Assembly (NCBI GenBank): GCA_002719295.1
Contig: PBHC01000005.1
Location: 64,001 to 128,000 of the forward strand
DNA length: 64,000 bases
Origin: Chloroflexota bacterium
GTDB lineage: Bacteria; Chloroflexota; Dehalococcoidia; Lucifugimonadales; Lucifugimonadaceae
Direction of reading: 5' to 3'
Shown here: positions 10,535 to 20,478 of the stretch, piece by piece
How the letters are laid out: the number at the start of each line of letters is the position of its first letter
Position numbering within the stretch: position 1 is the stretch's first letter
Made by a program: the position numbers and the translations under genes
Notes under the pieces: generated by a model
The model's database searches: none
Told to the model about the DNA's origin: nothing
The model's input: only the letters and a program-made list of their open reading frames with translations

Positions 10535-11839
10535 ATGAAAGGCATTGAATTTAACAACATTAGTGATATAACTAGACCTTCAGGATTTTCTAACAAAAAT
10601 GTAAATAAAGTTAATAATTTAGGTTGGAAAAATTTTACTAAAAATGGACTTCCTCCTAACCCTAAGACTTCAGAATTGTGGAAATATACAAATTTCCATA
10701 ACTTGAGTAAAACTAACTTTTTTTTGCCTCAAAAAGAATCTTTAGATCTAAAAACTAATCCAGAGGTTTTTTCAAGTAAAAAATTTCAAACTATATATAT
10801 AGTTGATGGCTTTTATAATTCAGAAAAATCTTTCCATTCTGATAATATAACTGTAGAAAAATCTAATGAATTAAGCGCACTAGAAACTCTATCAGAAAAG
10901 TTTGGTGAAATAGCATCTAATGATGAAAATGAAATGATTGCTTTAAATTCTGCTTTTATGCTAGATCCTATCTTTATTTCTATAGACGATTCTAAAAAAG
11001 AAAATAATTTAAATATTGTTTTTGTTACAACTAATAATAAAAATAATATATCTTCTTTCCCAAGATTGTTTGTTCAAGTAAATTCTAAATCTCAAACAAA
11101 TATTCTTGAATCTTACTTTAATCTATCTTCAGACAAGAAGAATAATTTAGTGGTTCCAGTGATTGAATATCTTTTAGAGAAAGGAAGTAATGTTTCTCAT
11201 AAAAGAATGCAAATAGATTCAGGGAATTCATTTTTCTTTCAGTTTGATAGAGTGCTTCAAAAAGAAGAATCAAAATTTATTTCAACTTCTTTTTCTCTAT
11301 CAGGATTGGTTTCAAGATATGATATTCATAGTGATTTAGTTGGAATAAACTCTGAATGTAATTTTCATGGATTGTACATAACAAATAAAAATCAGCTTCA
11401 AGAAAATGAAATATCTATAACTCATTCTGTAGAAAAATGTTCTAGTGATCAAATGTTTAAGGGAATTTTAGCAGGTAAATCAAAAGCTGTTTTTAGTGGG
11501 AAAGTTTTAGTAAAGCAAGATGCGCAAAAAACAAGGGCATTTCAAAAAGATCTAAACTTCTTACTATCAAAAGACTGTGAAGTAGATACTAAACCTAGTT
11601 TAGAAATATATGCTGATGATGTTGAGTGTAGTCATGGAGCTACTGCAGGTAATATGGATAAAAATATGTTATTTTATCTTCAAAGTAGAGGAATAAATAA
11701 CGAAGATGCAATGTCAATGTTGATTAGAGGTTTTGCTCAAGAAATTATCGATGAATTTGAGGATGATGAAATAATAGAATATTTAGAAAATTCAATTGAT
11801 AATTCTATTCCCTCATTAGATATCCAAGGGATTTTGTAG
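10535..11839 (+). CDS. sufD: Fe-S cluster assembly protein SufD
   Basis: ELWKYT, TKPSLEIYADDVECSHGAT, LFYLQSRGI; follows sufC. Alternative TTG start 10523. Confidence 0.95.
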   Translation: MKGIEFNNISDITRPSGFSNKNVNKVNNLGWKNFTKNGLPPNPKTSELWKYTNFHNLSKTNFFLPQKESLDLKTNPEVFSSKKFQTIYIVDGFYNSEKSFHSDNITVEKSNELSALETLSEKFGEIASNDENEMIALNSAFMLDPIFISIDDSKKENNLNIVFVTTNNKNNISSFPRLFVQVNSKSQTNILESYFNLSSDKKNNLVVPVIEYLLEKGSNVSHKRMQIDSGNSFFFQFDRVLQKEESKFISTSFSLSGLVSRYDIHSDLVGINSECNFHGLYITNKNQLQENEISITHSVEKCSSDQMFKGILAGKSKAVFSGKVLVKQDAQKTRAFQKDLNFLLSKDCEVDTKPSLEIYADDVECSHGATAGNMDKNMLFYLQSRGINNEDAMSMLIRGFAQEIIDEFEDDEIIEYLENSIDNSIPSLDIQGIL

Positions 11840-11841
11840 AT

Positions 11842-12291
11842 ATGGTAAACGATGAATTAAATGAGATGTATGAAGAAATTGTGATGGATCATTATCATAA
11901 TCCTAGAAATACTGAATTATTAGAAACCCCAGATTTTGAAGTCGAAAAAAATAATCCTTTCTGCGGAGATGAAATTAAGATTCAATTAAACGTTTTAGAA
12001 GAAAATAAAGTTTCTATAGCCGTTACCGGTAGAGGTTGTGCCATATCTCAAGCTTCTGGATCTTTATTAGCTGAAAAAATCAATAATATTGATACTAAAG
12101 ATTTGCAAAATACGGTGGATCTTTTCAGAAAATTGATAAAAAGTGAAGAGCTTAGTGAAAATGAGCTTGACGTATTAGGTGATATTTCTGCATTATCAGG
12201 AGTTAGAAAATTTCCTGTAAGAATTAAGTGTGCAATGTTATCTTGGGTGGCATTGGAAGAAATAATCAAGCAATCTGAATCTAAAAATTAA
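11842..12291 (+). CDS. sufU: SUF-system NifU/IscU-like protein SufU
   Basis: DHYHNPRN, NPFCGD, GCAISQAS, RIKCAML. Confidence 0.93.
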   Translation: MVNDELNEMYEEIVMDHYHNPRNTELLETPDFEVEKNNPFCGDEIKIQLNVLEENKVSIAVTGRGCAISQASGSLLAEKINNIDTKDLQNTVDLFRKLIKSEELSENELDVLGDISALSGVRKFPVRIKCAMLSWVALEEIIKQSESKN

Positions 12292-13186
12292 CAGTTTTTT
12301 CTATTCCATCAACAATATTAGTGAACTGACTATAATTAGTAATGCTTATTAATTCTGAATTATCAAGAACAATATTTTCTACTTCGCCTTTTCTTTTTTC
12401 TTTAAATATTGGATTTAATTTATAGTTTAATTTTTCCTTAAGTATTTTATATATATCGATTATTTTAACTTCGTAATTTGAAGAGAGGTTAATTTTAGAA
12501 CTAATTTTTTTTGTACAAAAAAGATTTATTATATTAACCAGATCATCAATGTATATATAATCTCTTGTTGAATTTCCATCTCCATAAATAATAATTTTAT
12601 TATTCTTCAACATTTTATTTATAAAAATAGGAATTACATTTTGACTTTTTTGTTTTGGTCCATATATGTTTGAAGGTCTTAAAATTGAATATTCTATTTT
12701 TGATTTATAAAGTAATTTTGAAACTATTTTTTCTCCTTCAAGTTTGGATTTTCCATATTCTGAAATTGGGTTAGCTGAATGCTTTTCATCAACAGGTAAA
12801 TATTTAGGTTCTCCATAAATTGCTCCTCCAGACGAAATAAAAGTAAAATAACAACCATCTAATTTTTTTATCTCGCTTACAAGATTATTTGTCCCTTCAA
12901 TATTTATACTTTTTGTTTTTTCTGGGTCTTTAATTGAATCTATGACACTAGTTTGTGCTGCGCAATGAATGATTGAGGTAGGCTTAAATAGCGAAATGAT
13001 TTTTGAAATTTTTTCACTTCTAATATCTATATTTTCTATTTCAACATTAGGACTTGTCTTAATTTGATATGGATTTGAATTTTCGATATCTAAAATTAAT
13101 ACTTCATTTAATTCAGAGAAAAAATTTGTTAAATTAGAACCTACGAATCCTAGTCCACCTGTAATTAAAATCTTTTCCTTTTTCAA
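12281..13186 (-). CDS. NAD-dependent epimerase/dehydratase (UDP-glucose 4-epimerase-like)
   Basis: ITGGLGFVGS, SSGGAIYG, YGKSK, RDYIYIDD. Confidence 0.9.
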   Translation of the reverse strand: MKKEKILITGGLGFVGSNLTNFFSELNEVLILDIENSNPYQIKTSPNVEIENIDIRSEKISKIISLFKPTSIIHCAAQTSVIDSIKDPEKTKSINIEGTNNLVSEIKKLDGCYFTFISSGGAIYGEPKYLPVDEKHSANPISEYGKSKLEGEKIVSKLLYKSKIEYSILRPSNIYGPKQKSQNVIPIFINKMLKNNKIIIYGDGNSTRDYIYIDDLVNIINLFCTKKISSKINLSSNYEVKIIDIYKILKEKLNYKLNPIFKEKRKGEVENIVLDNSELISITNYSQFTNIVDGIEKTVNF

Positions 13187-13190
13187 TTTT

Positions 13191-14078
13191 TTAGTCCTCT
13201 GAATATAAAACTACATCATCTTTTGAGTAGTTTTTACTTATAAGATTTGAAAATTGAAATACTTCTATTGCTTTTTGATATTCAATGTCACTTATTTTTG
13301 TATCTGAATCCCATGTACCTAACTTTTGATAATCTTTTATAGCATTTGAGACAGAATCTAGCTCAAAATCATTAAAGTATGAATGAACACTTTTCGCTAC
13401 ATCCATTGAATCTGAATTTTGAACCCATTTTTTAGACTTTTTAAAAGCATCTGAAATTTTTTTCCCTATATCTGATTTAATTGTTTTTTCTTCTGCGCAT
13501 AAGGTTGAAAATGCTACTGGCCCAATAATATCACCGATTGAAGCAACTATCTTGCCATGACCGTCTAATTGTAATTGATGGGGATAGCTCCCTTGTTCAT
13601 GAAAAAACCCAGAATTACCTTGAGAAAATAAATCATACATTTCTTTAGTATTTAAAGGATTTTTTGAGACTAATTTGATTTTATTTATGTCTATATTTTT
13701 TTTATCTAATGCATATTTCAACATTGCCTCTGGTTGTCCACCTCTTACATAATAAAAGGGACCTTTGTACAAGTCTTCCCATTCAAATCCCTCCTTATTT
13801 TTAGAGTTTATAAAGAAGCCATCAAAAGAGTTTATTAATGCAAAATGTTTTATAGAAGAAGGGATATTCTTTTCTATGAAGTTCCAGCTTTGTGAAACAG
13901 CAGATTGTGCAAAATCAATTTCTCCGTTTGATATTTTTTCGTAAACATTAATGCCTGGATTTGGAATATGATATTCGCCTTTTAATCCTTCATTTTCCAA
14001 AAAACCTTGACTTACTAAAGCAATTAATGGGCTGTAAAAAACAGCATGTCTAGAAGCAGTTAAGTTAATAGTTTTCAT
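13191..14078 (-). CDS. ABC-type substrate-binding-fold protein (NMT1/TauA/SsuA-like)
   Basis: FYSPL...GFLENEGL, GGQPEAML and similar family patterns; no permease gene adjacent. Confidence 0.7.
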   Translation of the reverse strand: MKTINLTASRHAVFYSPLIALVSQGFLENEGLKGEYHIPNPGINVYEKISNGEIDFAQSAVSQSWNFIEKNIPSSIKHFALINSFDGFFINSKNKEGFEWEDLYKGPFYYVRGGQPEAMLKYALDKKNIDINKIKLVSKNPLNTKEMYDLFSQGNSGFFHEQGSYPHQLQLDGHGKIVASIGDIIGPVAFSTLCAEEKTIKSDIGKKISDAFKKSKKWVQNSDSMDVAKSVHSYFNDFELDSVSNAIKDYQKLGTWDSDTKISDIEYQKAIEVFQFSNLISKNYSKDDVVLYSED

Positions 14079-14174
14079 AATTCACCTTTTTTTATCAATA
14101 AATACATATATTAGTAGTTTTTTGAATACATTTTATAATAGAATTCAGGACATAATTTATTTGAAAAGTACTAA

Positions 14175-14948
14175 TTGTCAAGATATTCAAGAAATAAAAC
14201 AAACCTTAGACAGATTGAAGGAAGGCATTCAGTAATTGAAACTTTATTGTCAAACAAAAGAGTTGCATATATTGATCTTTCAGATTCTAATGATAAAGGT
14301 CCCCAAATCGAGAAAATTATATCCCTTGCTAATTCAAAAAACATAAGAATTAATACAATTGACAAAAAGGCCATAGAAAAAAAATCAGCAACAAAAAAAT
14401 CCCAAGGAGTAATTTTATATCTTGATGACAATTATCAATCTTCAGTTGAAGAGATGATATTTTCAGCAGATAGAAAAAAAGAAATTCCTTTATTGATTTT
14501 TCTTGATAGAGTTCAAGATCCTCATAATTTGGGAGCTATTGCGAGAACAGCTGAAATATTTGGTGCACATGGATTAGTTGTACCAGCTAAAGATTCAGCA
14601 AAAATTTCTCCTGGTGCTATTAGGGCTTCAGCTGGAGCTTTGGAACACATGGAATTTACAATAGTGAACTCTATATTAAAAACCTTAGAATATTTAAAGA
14701 AAATGAATTTTCAAATTTTCTCCTTAGATATGGATGGGGAAAATATTAGAGATTCCAAAATTGATAAAGAAAAACCAACTGCACTAGTTGTGGGTTCTGA
14801 ACATGATGGGGTTGAGGAAAAAATAATTAAAGTTTCCGATAAAATTTTGTCTATTCCTATGAGAGGAGAAATTTCTTCATTGAATGTTTCTGTAGCTACA
14901 GGAATCACTTTACATGAACTTTTTTACAAAAGGAATTTAAATGGATAA
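14175..14948 (+). CDS. rlmB: 23S rRNA 2'-O-methyltransferase RlmB (TrmH/SpoU family)
   Basis: GRHSVIE, QDPHNLGAIAR, VGSEHDG, SLNVSVA. Confidence 0.92.
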   Translation: MSRYSRNKTNLRQIEGRHSVIETLLSNKRVAYIDLSDSNDKGPQIEKIISLANSKNIRINTIDKKAIEKKSATKKSQGVILYLDDNYQSSVEEMIFSADRKKEIPLLIFLDRVQDPHNLGAIARTAEIFGAHGLVVPAKDSAKISPGAIRASAGALEHMEFTIVNSILKTLEYLKKMNFQIFSLDMDGENIRDSKIDKEKPTALVVGSEHDGVEEKIIKVSDKILSIPMRGEISSLNVSVATGITLHELFYKRNLNG

Positions 14949-16344
14949 AAAATTATTTTTAATTGTTTTTCCAGTAGTTTTTACTGCAAATATTTTTCTT
15001 CTCGATTTCAACACAACAATTATTGCTATGCCTGCTATAATTGATGAATTTGATTTATCCCTTAAATTAGCATCATGGATAATACTTTCCGCATCTATTG
15101 TTATGACAGCCTTACTTATGCCAATAGGAAGAATGGCAGATCTAATAAATAGAAAAACATTTTATATTTTTTCTTTAATTCTGGCTTTAATAGGAATAAT
15201 TTTTGCAAGTTTTGCAACTAACGTTTATATCCTGATTTTGTTTAAGACTATCTCAGCTATTGGTACGACAGGGACTTCTATAATGATGTTTGTTATCGTA
15301 ACTGTTACATTTCCTAAAAAATATCAAGGTTTAGGGTTAAGTATAATTACAACTTCTGTTGCTCTTGGAATGATGATAACTCCTTTTATAGGAGGGCTAA
15401 TGTTAGATAATTACGGTTGGAGATATGCTTATAGAATAATAGGATTTCTAGGTATTTTTACTGTTCTTATGACTTTCTTATTTGTCCCCAAAATGGAAAA
15501 ATTAGAAGTTGATAGACATTCTTTAGATCTAATAGGAATGGTGTATTTTATTTTTATAATGACTTTGTTTGTATTTATAATAAATGATCCTATTTCTTTT
15601 GGATTCTTTTCAATTTTGCATTTTTTGATGATAATAGTATTTCTGACTCTAATATTTTTATTCTATAAGCATGAAAAAAAACAAACTCAGCCGATCTTAA
15701 ATTTTTATAATTATAAGAAACCTTCATATCTTTGGGGGTCAATTTCTAGAATGACAGGTTTTGTAGGTTTTTCTGTGTTAATGTTCTTAAATCCAATTTT
15801 TTTGCAAAAAATAATTGGCCTTAGTGAAACTTCTGTTGGAATTATACTTTTATATTCTGGAATAGGTACTGTAATCGCCTCTTCTATTTCCGGGAGATTG
15901 TCTGATAAATTTGGTCATAAAATTTTTACTGTAATAGGAATGATTTTCTCAGCATCAGCAAATTTATCTTTATCATTTTTAGCAAATAATTTTAATTTGA
16001 ATATATTTACGATATTGATGTTTATAAATGGTTTTGGAATAGGAATGTGGATGGCTCCAAATATGAGTGCTGTTTTAAGTAGTATAAATAAAGATCAATA
16101 TGGTTCTGTAAGTGCATATTTAAATTTAATTAGAAATGTAGGAACCACTATAGGACAAAGCTTTGCAGCAACTATTTTAGTTATATTTTTAACTACAGGT
16201 CCTATCACTGCTCAACTAAGCGAAATAAATTCTAACTCCTCGGATGAGATATTGTCCTTATTTATCAATGGATGGCGAACAACTTTAATTATTTCTAGTA
16301 TTATAGTTTTTATATCTAGTTTTGCTTCATTCAAAACAAAATAG
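14941..16344 (+). CDS. MFS transporter (DHA2/EmrB-like, about 14 TM)
   Basis: GRMADLINRK and GRLSDKFGHK motifs; hydrophobic throughout. Confidence 0.9.
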   Translation: MDKKLFLIVFPVVFTANIFLLDFNTTIIAMPAIIDEFDLSLKLASWIILSASIVMTALLMPIGRMADLINRKTFYIFSLILALIGIIFASFATNVYILILFKTISAIGTTGTSIMMFVIVTVTFPKKYQGLGLSIITTSVALGMMITPFIGGLMLDNYGWRYAYRIIGFLGIFTVLMTFLFVPKMEKLEVDRHSLDLIGMVYFIFIMTLFVFIINDPISFGFFSILHFLMIIVFLTLIFLFYKHEKKQTQPILNFYNYKKPSYLWGSISRMTGFVGFSVLMFLNPIFLQKIIGLSETSVGIILLYSGIGTVIASSISGRLSDKFGHKIFTVIGMIFSASANLSLSFLANNFNLNIFTILMFINGFGIGMWMAPNMSAVLSSINKDQYGSVSAYLNLIRNVGTTIGQSFAATILVIFLTTGPITAQLSEINSNSSDEILSLFINGWRTTLIISSIIVFISSFASFKTK

Positions 16345-16355
16345 AAGGAGATTTT

Positions 16356-17099
16356 ATGAATATTTTAAAAGATAAAGTAGCAATTGTAACTGGTGGTGGA
16401 ACAGGAATAGGAAAAGCCATTGCAAAATTATTTTCATTAGAGGGGGCTAAAGTCATAATAGCATCAAGAAACCAAGAAAATTTAATTAATGCTGTGAATG
16501 AAATTAGGCAATCAGGTAATGAAATAATCGATTATTATAAAACAGATGTCACGAATACAGAAGATGTTGCAAATTTGTTTTCCTTTGCATTCAATAGATA
16601 TGGATCTGTCGATATTCTTGTAAATAATAGTGGAGTAATGGCAGGGAGTCCTATTGATAAAGTTTCAGATGATCAATGGGAACAAGTAATTTCTGTAAAT
16701 GTTACAGGAACATTTAAGTGTACTAGAGAAGGGTTCAAGTATATGAAATCCAAAGGTGGAAAGATTATAAACATAGGTTCTATAGCTGGTGATTCTCCAA
16801 GAATGTTTTCATCTCCATATACTACGAGCAAACATGCAGTTAGAGGATTGACAAAATCTGCAGCATTAGATGGTAGAGAATATGGAATATCTGTTAGTTG
16901 TTTAAATCCAGGGAATACTATGGTTGAAAGAAGATCTGATGGCAGATCAGGAACAGGTAAGGATGAAGGCCCTGAAATTCTTATTGATGCTAATGATATA
17001 GCTAGAACTGCTCTTCTAATGGCATCATTACCACAAGGAACCAACATGCTTGATGCAACAGTATTACCTGTAAAACAAGAATTTATTGGTAGAGGATAA
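16356..17099 (+). CDS. Short-chain dehydrogenase/reductase
   Basis: TGGGTGIG, NNSG, YTTSK. Confidence 0.95.
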   Translation: MNILKDKVAIVTGGGTGIGKAIAKLFSLEGAKVIIASRNQENLINAVNEIRQSGNEIIDYYKTDVTNTEDVANLFSFAFNRYGSVDILVNNSGVMAGSPIDKVSDDQWEQVISVNVTGTFKCTREGFKYMKSKGGKIINIGSIAGDSPRMFSSPYTTSKHAVRGLTKSAALDGREYGISVSCLNPGNTMVERRSDGRSGTGKDEGPEILIDANDIARTALLMASLPQGTNMLDATVLPVKQEFIGRG

Positions 17100-17142
17100 T
17101 AAAAAAAATCGTATAATAATAAAAAAATGAAGGGGAGCTAAA

Positions 17143-17841
17143 ATGTACATATTAATGGTAAGACTAAAAGTTAAAGAAGAAAAAATTGAAGAATTTATTA
17201 AGGAATCAATAGGAGATGCTGAAGGTTCTGTTAAGAATGAACCTGGTTGTAGAAGATTTGATATTATACAAGATTCTTCCGATCCCACTTTGTTTGCTTT
17301 TTGCGAGATTTATGATGACGAGGATGCATTTAAAGCGCATACGACATATGATCATTTTAAAGTTTGGGCTGAGAATACAAAAGATTTTTATGCATCCGAA
17401 ACTGAAGTATCTTTTTGTAAGCCTGTTTATCCAAATAAAAATGTTATTTGGGACTCTGCGAGAGAAAATGCTTCAAACCATGACTACTTTTCTAATTCTT
17501 CTTTAATGGTCATTGCAGCTCCACAATATGTAAAAGAAGAGAATATAGATGAATTCATAAAATCTATTACATTAGATAGCATTGGATCCACTAACGAAGA
17601 GCCAGGATGTTTAAGATTTGATGTTTACCAAAATCTAAATGATCCTACTGAACTTTATCTATATGAAGTTTATTCTAACGCAGATGCATTTGAATATCAT
17701 AGAGGTACTCCACATATTAAAAATTGGCAAGATACTGTAAAAGATATGTATGATGAGTCTAGAAAAGGACAAAACGGTAGAAGAGGAAAAAATATATGGC
17801 CACCTGATAATTGGGAATGGAACTCAGGGCAAAGAAAATAA
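17143..17841 (+). CDS. Tandem ABM/LsrG-like domain protein
   Basis: Two repeats: NEPGCRRFDI...EIY..EDAFKAH...HF and EEPGCLRFDV...EVY...AFEYH..TPHI. Confidence 0.85.
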   Translation: MYILMVRLKVKEEKIEEFIKESIGDAEGSVKNEPGCRRFDIIQDSSDPTLFAFCEIYDDEDAFKAHTTYDHFKVWAENTKDFYASETEVSFCKPVYPNKNVIWDSARENASNHDYFSNSSLMVIAAPQYVKEENIDEFIKSITLDSIGSTNEEPGCLRFDVYQNLNDPTELYLYEVYSNADAFEYHRGTPHIKNWQDTVKDMYDESRKGQNGRRGKNIWPPDNWEWNSGQRK

Positions 17842-17853
17842 TTTGAGGTAAAA

Positions 17854-19035
17854 ATGAAAGTAACAGGGGTAAAAACATACGTAATAGAAAATGAGTCTGC
17901 ACCACGTTCAGGCGGAGGTGAAGAAACTGGTAATTGGTATATAGGAGGGAAGTATTTTCTTATTCTAGAATTATCAACTGATGAAGGAATTATAGGTCTA
18001 GGCGAAAAACTTACAGGAAGTTCTTTTACAGGAAATATGACTTGGAAAGATTTTAAGTCCCAAATTCAATTAGTTCATGAAACTGTAGAAGCATTCGTAG
18101 TTGGTAAAAATCCCTTTGATATAGAAAAAATTTACTATGATATGTATGCTGGAAGACATGATTATAGACTGCCTAGCTTACATTATGGAATGGTTTTGTC
18201 AGGAATCGAAATGGCGCTATGGGATATAGTTGGAAAAGCAACTAATCAACCTATATATAATTTACTCGGCGGGAAATGCTGGGATAAATTGAGAGCTTAT
18301 GCGTATATGCCACCTATCCCAGAAGGAAAACCTGAAAATGCTGGTTCTGTTGCAGAACAATTGTTAAGAGAAGGAAATACTGCTTGTAAGTTTGATCCTT
18401 TTCACCCTATAACAGGTGTTCCTAGAGATATTAGTTTAAAAGAAATAACTTATACGGAAAACATATTTAAGAACATACGGTCTGCTGTAGGCAATGAATT
18501 AGAAGTTGCTTTAGGTACCCATGGTCAATTGACAACTTATAGTGCTATCAGGGTGGCTAAAGCTATAGAGCCTTATCAACCTTTTTGGTTTGAAGAGCCT
18601 GTATCTCCCGAAAATATTGATGAAATGGCAAGAGTAGCTTCACATACTAGCATTCCTATTGCAACAGGAGAAAGACTAGCTACTGTTTTTCAATTCTCCG
18701 AATTATTAAAAAAACAAGCAGCTCAAATAATTCAGATTGATATTGGTCAAGCTGGTGGTATATTGGTGGGTAAAAAAGTAGCGGCAATGGCAGAGGCAAA
18801 TTATGCAGTTATAGCTCCACACATGTATTGTGGACCGGTTGCAGCAGCAGCAGCTTTACAGGTAGCTACTTGTGCTCCTAATTTTATGATAGCTGAAGCT
18901 AACCAAGGTCCTCTTCATAAAAAAATATTTAAGGATCCAATTGTATTTGAAAATGGTTTTATAGAAATACCAGAAGGACCAGGTTTAGGAGTTGAATTTG
19001 ATCCTAAAGTACTTGAGAAGCATATAGTTAGCTAA
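17854..19035 (+). CDS. Mandelate racemase/acid-sugar dehydratase-like enolase-superfamily enzyme
   Basis: EMALWDIVGK, KFDPF, WFEEP, IATGER, APH. Confidence 0.92.
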   Translation: MKVTGVKTYVIENESAPRSGGGEETGNWYIGGKYFLILELSTDEGIIGLGEKLTGSSFTGNMTWKDFKSQIQLVHETVEAFVVGKNPFDIEKIYYDMYAGRHDYRLPSLHYGMVLSGIEMALWDIVGKATNQPIYNLLGGKCWDKLRAYAYMPPIPEGKPENAGSVAEQLLREGNTACKFDPFHPITGVPRDISLKEITYTENIFKNIRSAVGNELEVALGTHGQLTTYSAIRVAKAIEPYQPFWFEEPVSPENIDEMARVASHTSIPIATGERLATVFQFSELLKKQAAQIIQIDIGQAGGILVGKKVAAMAEANYAVIAPHMYCGPVAAAAALQVATCAPNFMIAEANQGPLHKKIFKDPIVFENGFIEIPEGPGLGVEFDPKVLEKHIVS

Positions 19036-19728
19036 TTATAAATCTATAGTTGCAAAACATGGTTTTCCCATTAGAGTATTACTGTGTAATTTTCCTCCAA
19101 AGTTGGCGTCAGAAATCCACATTTTATTTCCTTTTATAGACATTCCGTGAGGATAAGGGTCATCTTCATCAAATTGAATCGTGTCTAAAATGGAACCATT
19201 ATTAATATCATACTTTATTATTTTTTTAGTTGATGTATGGGCGCACCATATACCATCATCTTGCCTAGCAAGTCCATGTAATCTTTCTTCATCAACAACG
19301 AATTTTGATACAATTTCATAAGTCTCAGCTTCAATTTTATAAATTGCTTTTGGATTAAATGCTGTTACCCATATAAATCCATCATCCCATTCAATTCCGT
19401 GAATTCCTCCACCATCAGGAGTTGGGATTTTATCTATATAATCTCCTGTTTCTAAATCCAATTTATATATTAATCCTTCGTGAGTATCAGTAGGCTTAAA
19501 ACTTCTTGCCTGTGTTTCACCATTGGAAGCTGTCCATATGAATCCTCCTCCTACGGTAATTCCTGAACCATTTTCAGTAATAGTTTCATATTTATGTTTT
19601 ATATTCCCTTTTTCATCTAATACGTAAACATCATCTAATTCTTGATCCATTACGTATAATCCTTTTGAAGTCCATTGCAATCCATTAGGATGTTTACAGG
19701 GGGATTTAAATACTTCAGTAGTAATCAT
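19036..19728 (-). CDS. Beta-propeller repeat protein, function unknown
   Basis: Roughly 40-50-aa repeats HPNGLQW / SGITV / IHGIEW / LHGLA / PHGMS. Confidence 0.7.
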   Translation of the reverse strand: MITTEVFKSPCKHPNGLQWTSKGLYVMDQELDDVYVLDEKGNIKHKYETITENGSGITVGGGFIWTASNGETQARSFKPTDTHEGLIYKLDLETGDYIDKIPTPDGGGIHGIEWDDGFIWVTAFNPKAIYKIEAETYEIVSKFVVDEERLHGLARQDDGIWCAHTSTKKIIKYDINNGSILDTIQFDEDDPYPHGMSIKGNKMWISDANFGGKLHSNTLMGKPCFATIDL

Positions 19729-19822
19729 TTTAACCTCGTTTATTTTTATAGCTGTGATGAAATTAAAAAAATGTCATCATATACAAATAAAATTTATTTA
19801 TATATTATTACAAATACATATT

Positions 19823-20464
19823 ATGTTTTCCATATTTAATCGAAAAAAGAAAGTAATGATTTTTATAGATGGTTCAAATCTATATCATGTTCTGTTAAGA
19901 AATTGTGGCAGAAGTGATCTAATGTTTTCATCGTTTGGTGAAAAGCTAACAGGCAGAAAACGATCATTAGTTAAGATATTTTATTACAACGTAAGACAGG
20001 AATTAGAAGGTAAAATTAAGATTCCTGATGAACAAAAGAAATTTTTGGCTAGCTTAAATAAAGTAGAAAAAATAGAAATAAAGTTAGGTATTTGGAAAGA
20101 ACAAAATGGCTCTATTGTAGAAAAAGGAGTAGATGTATTATTAGCTACTGACTTAGTTTTAAACGCTGTAAAAAATAATTATGATCATGCAATTATTGTT
20201 AGTGGAGATGGAGATTTTTTCCCTGCTATTGATGCAGTTAAGAAAGAAGGAAAAAGAGTTGAAGTGGCAGCTTTTGAATCAAATATTTCTAAGGAAGCTA
20301 GTGAGTCAGCAGATAGAGTCTTAAAGTTAAAAAAATCTTTTTTTAATAATTTATGGATGCCAAAAAGAAATTCACGAAAATATTCAGATAAAAATAGAAA
20401 TTCTTCTGAAAAGAAAAACTCAAAAACTAGAGGTTCTAATAAAAGAAGAAAATTACTTGTGTAG
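19823..20464 (+). CDS. NYN (LabA/PIN-like) domain protein with basic C-terminal tail
   Basis: IFIDGSNL, EKGVDV, VSGDGDF. ATG 19823 is more plausible than the track's 19754. Confidence 0.9.
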   Translation: MFSIFNRKKKVMIFIDGSNLYHVLLRNCGRSDLMFSSFGEKLTGRKRSLVKIFYYNVRQELEGKIKIPDEQKKFLASLNKVEKIEIKLGIWKEQNGSIVEKGVDVLLATDLVLNAVKNNYDHAIIVSGDGDFFPAIDAVKKEGKRVEVAAFESNISKEASESADRVLKLKKSFFNNLWMPKRNSRKYSDKNRNSSEKKNSKTRGSNKRRKLLV

Positions 20465-20478
20465 TATATTAGAACCAA

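Noticed and set aside
19754..19822. N-terminal extension of the NYN protein in the ORF track
   Set aside because: It runs through an AT-rich divergent promoter region and precedes the domain; ATG 19823 is more plausible.
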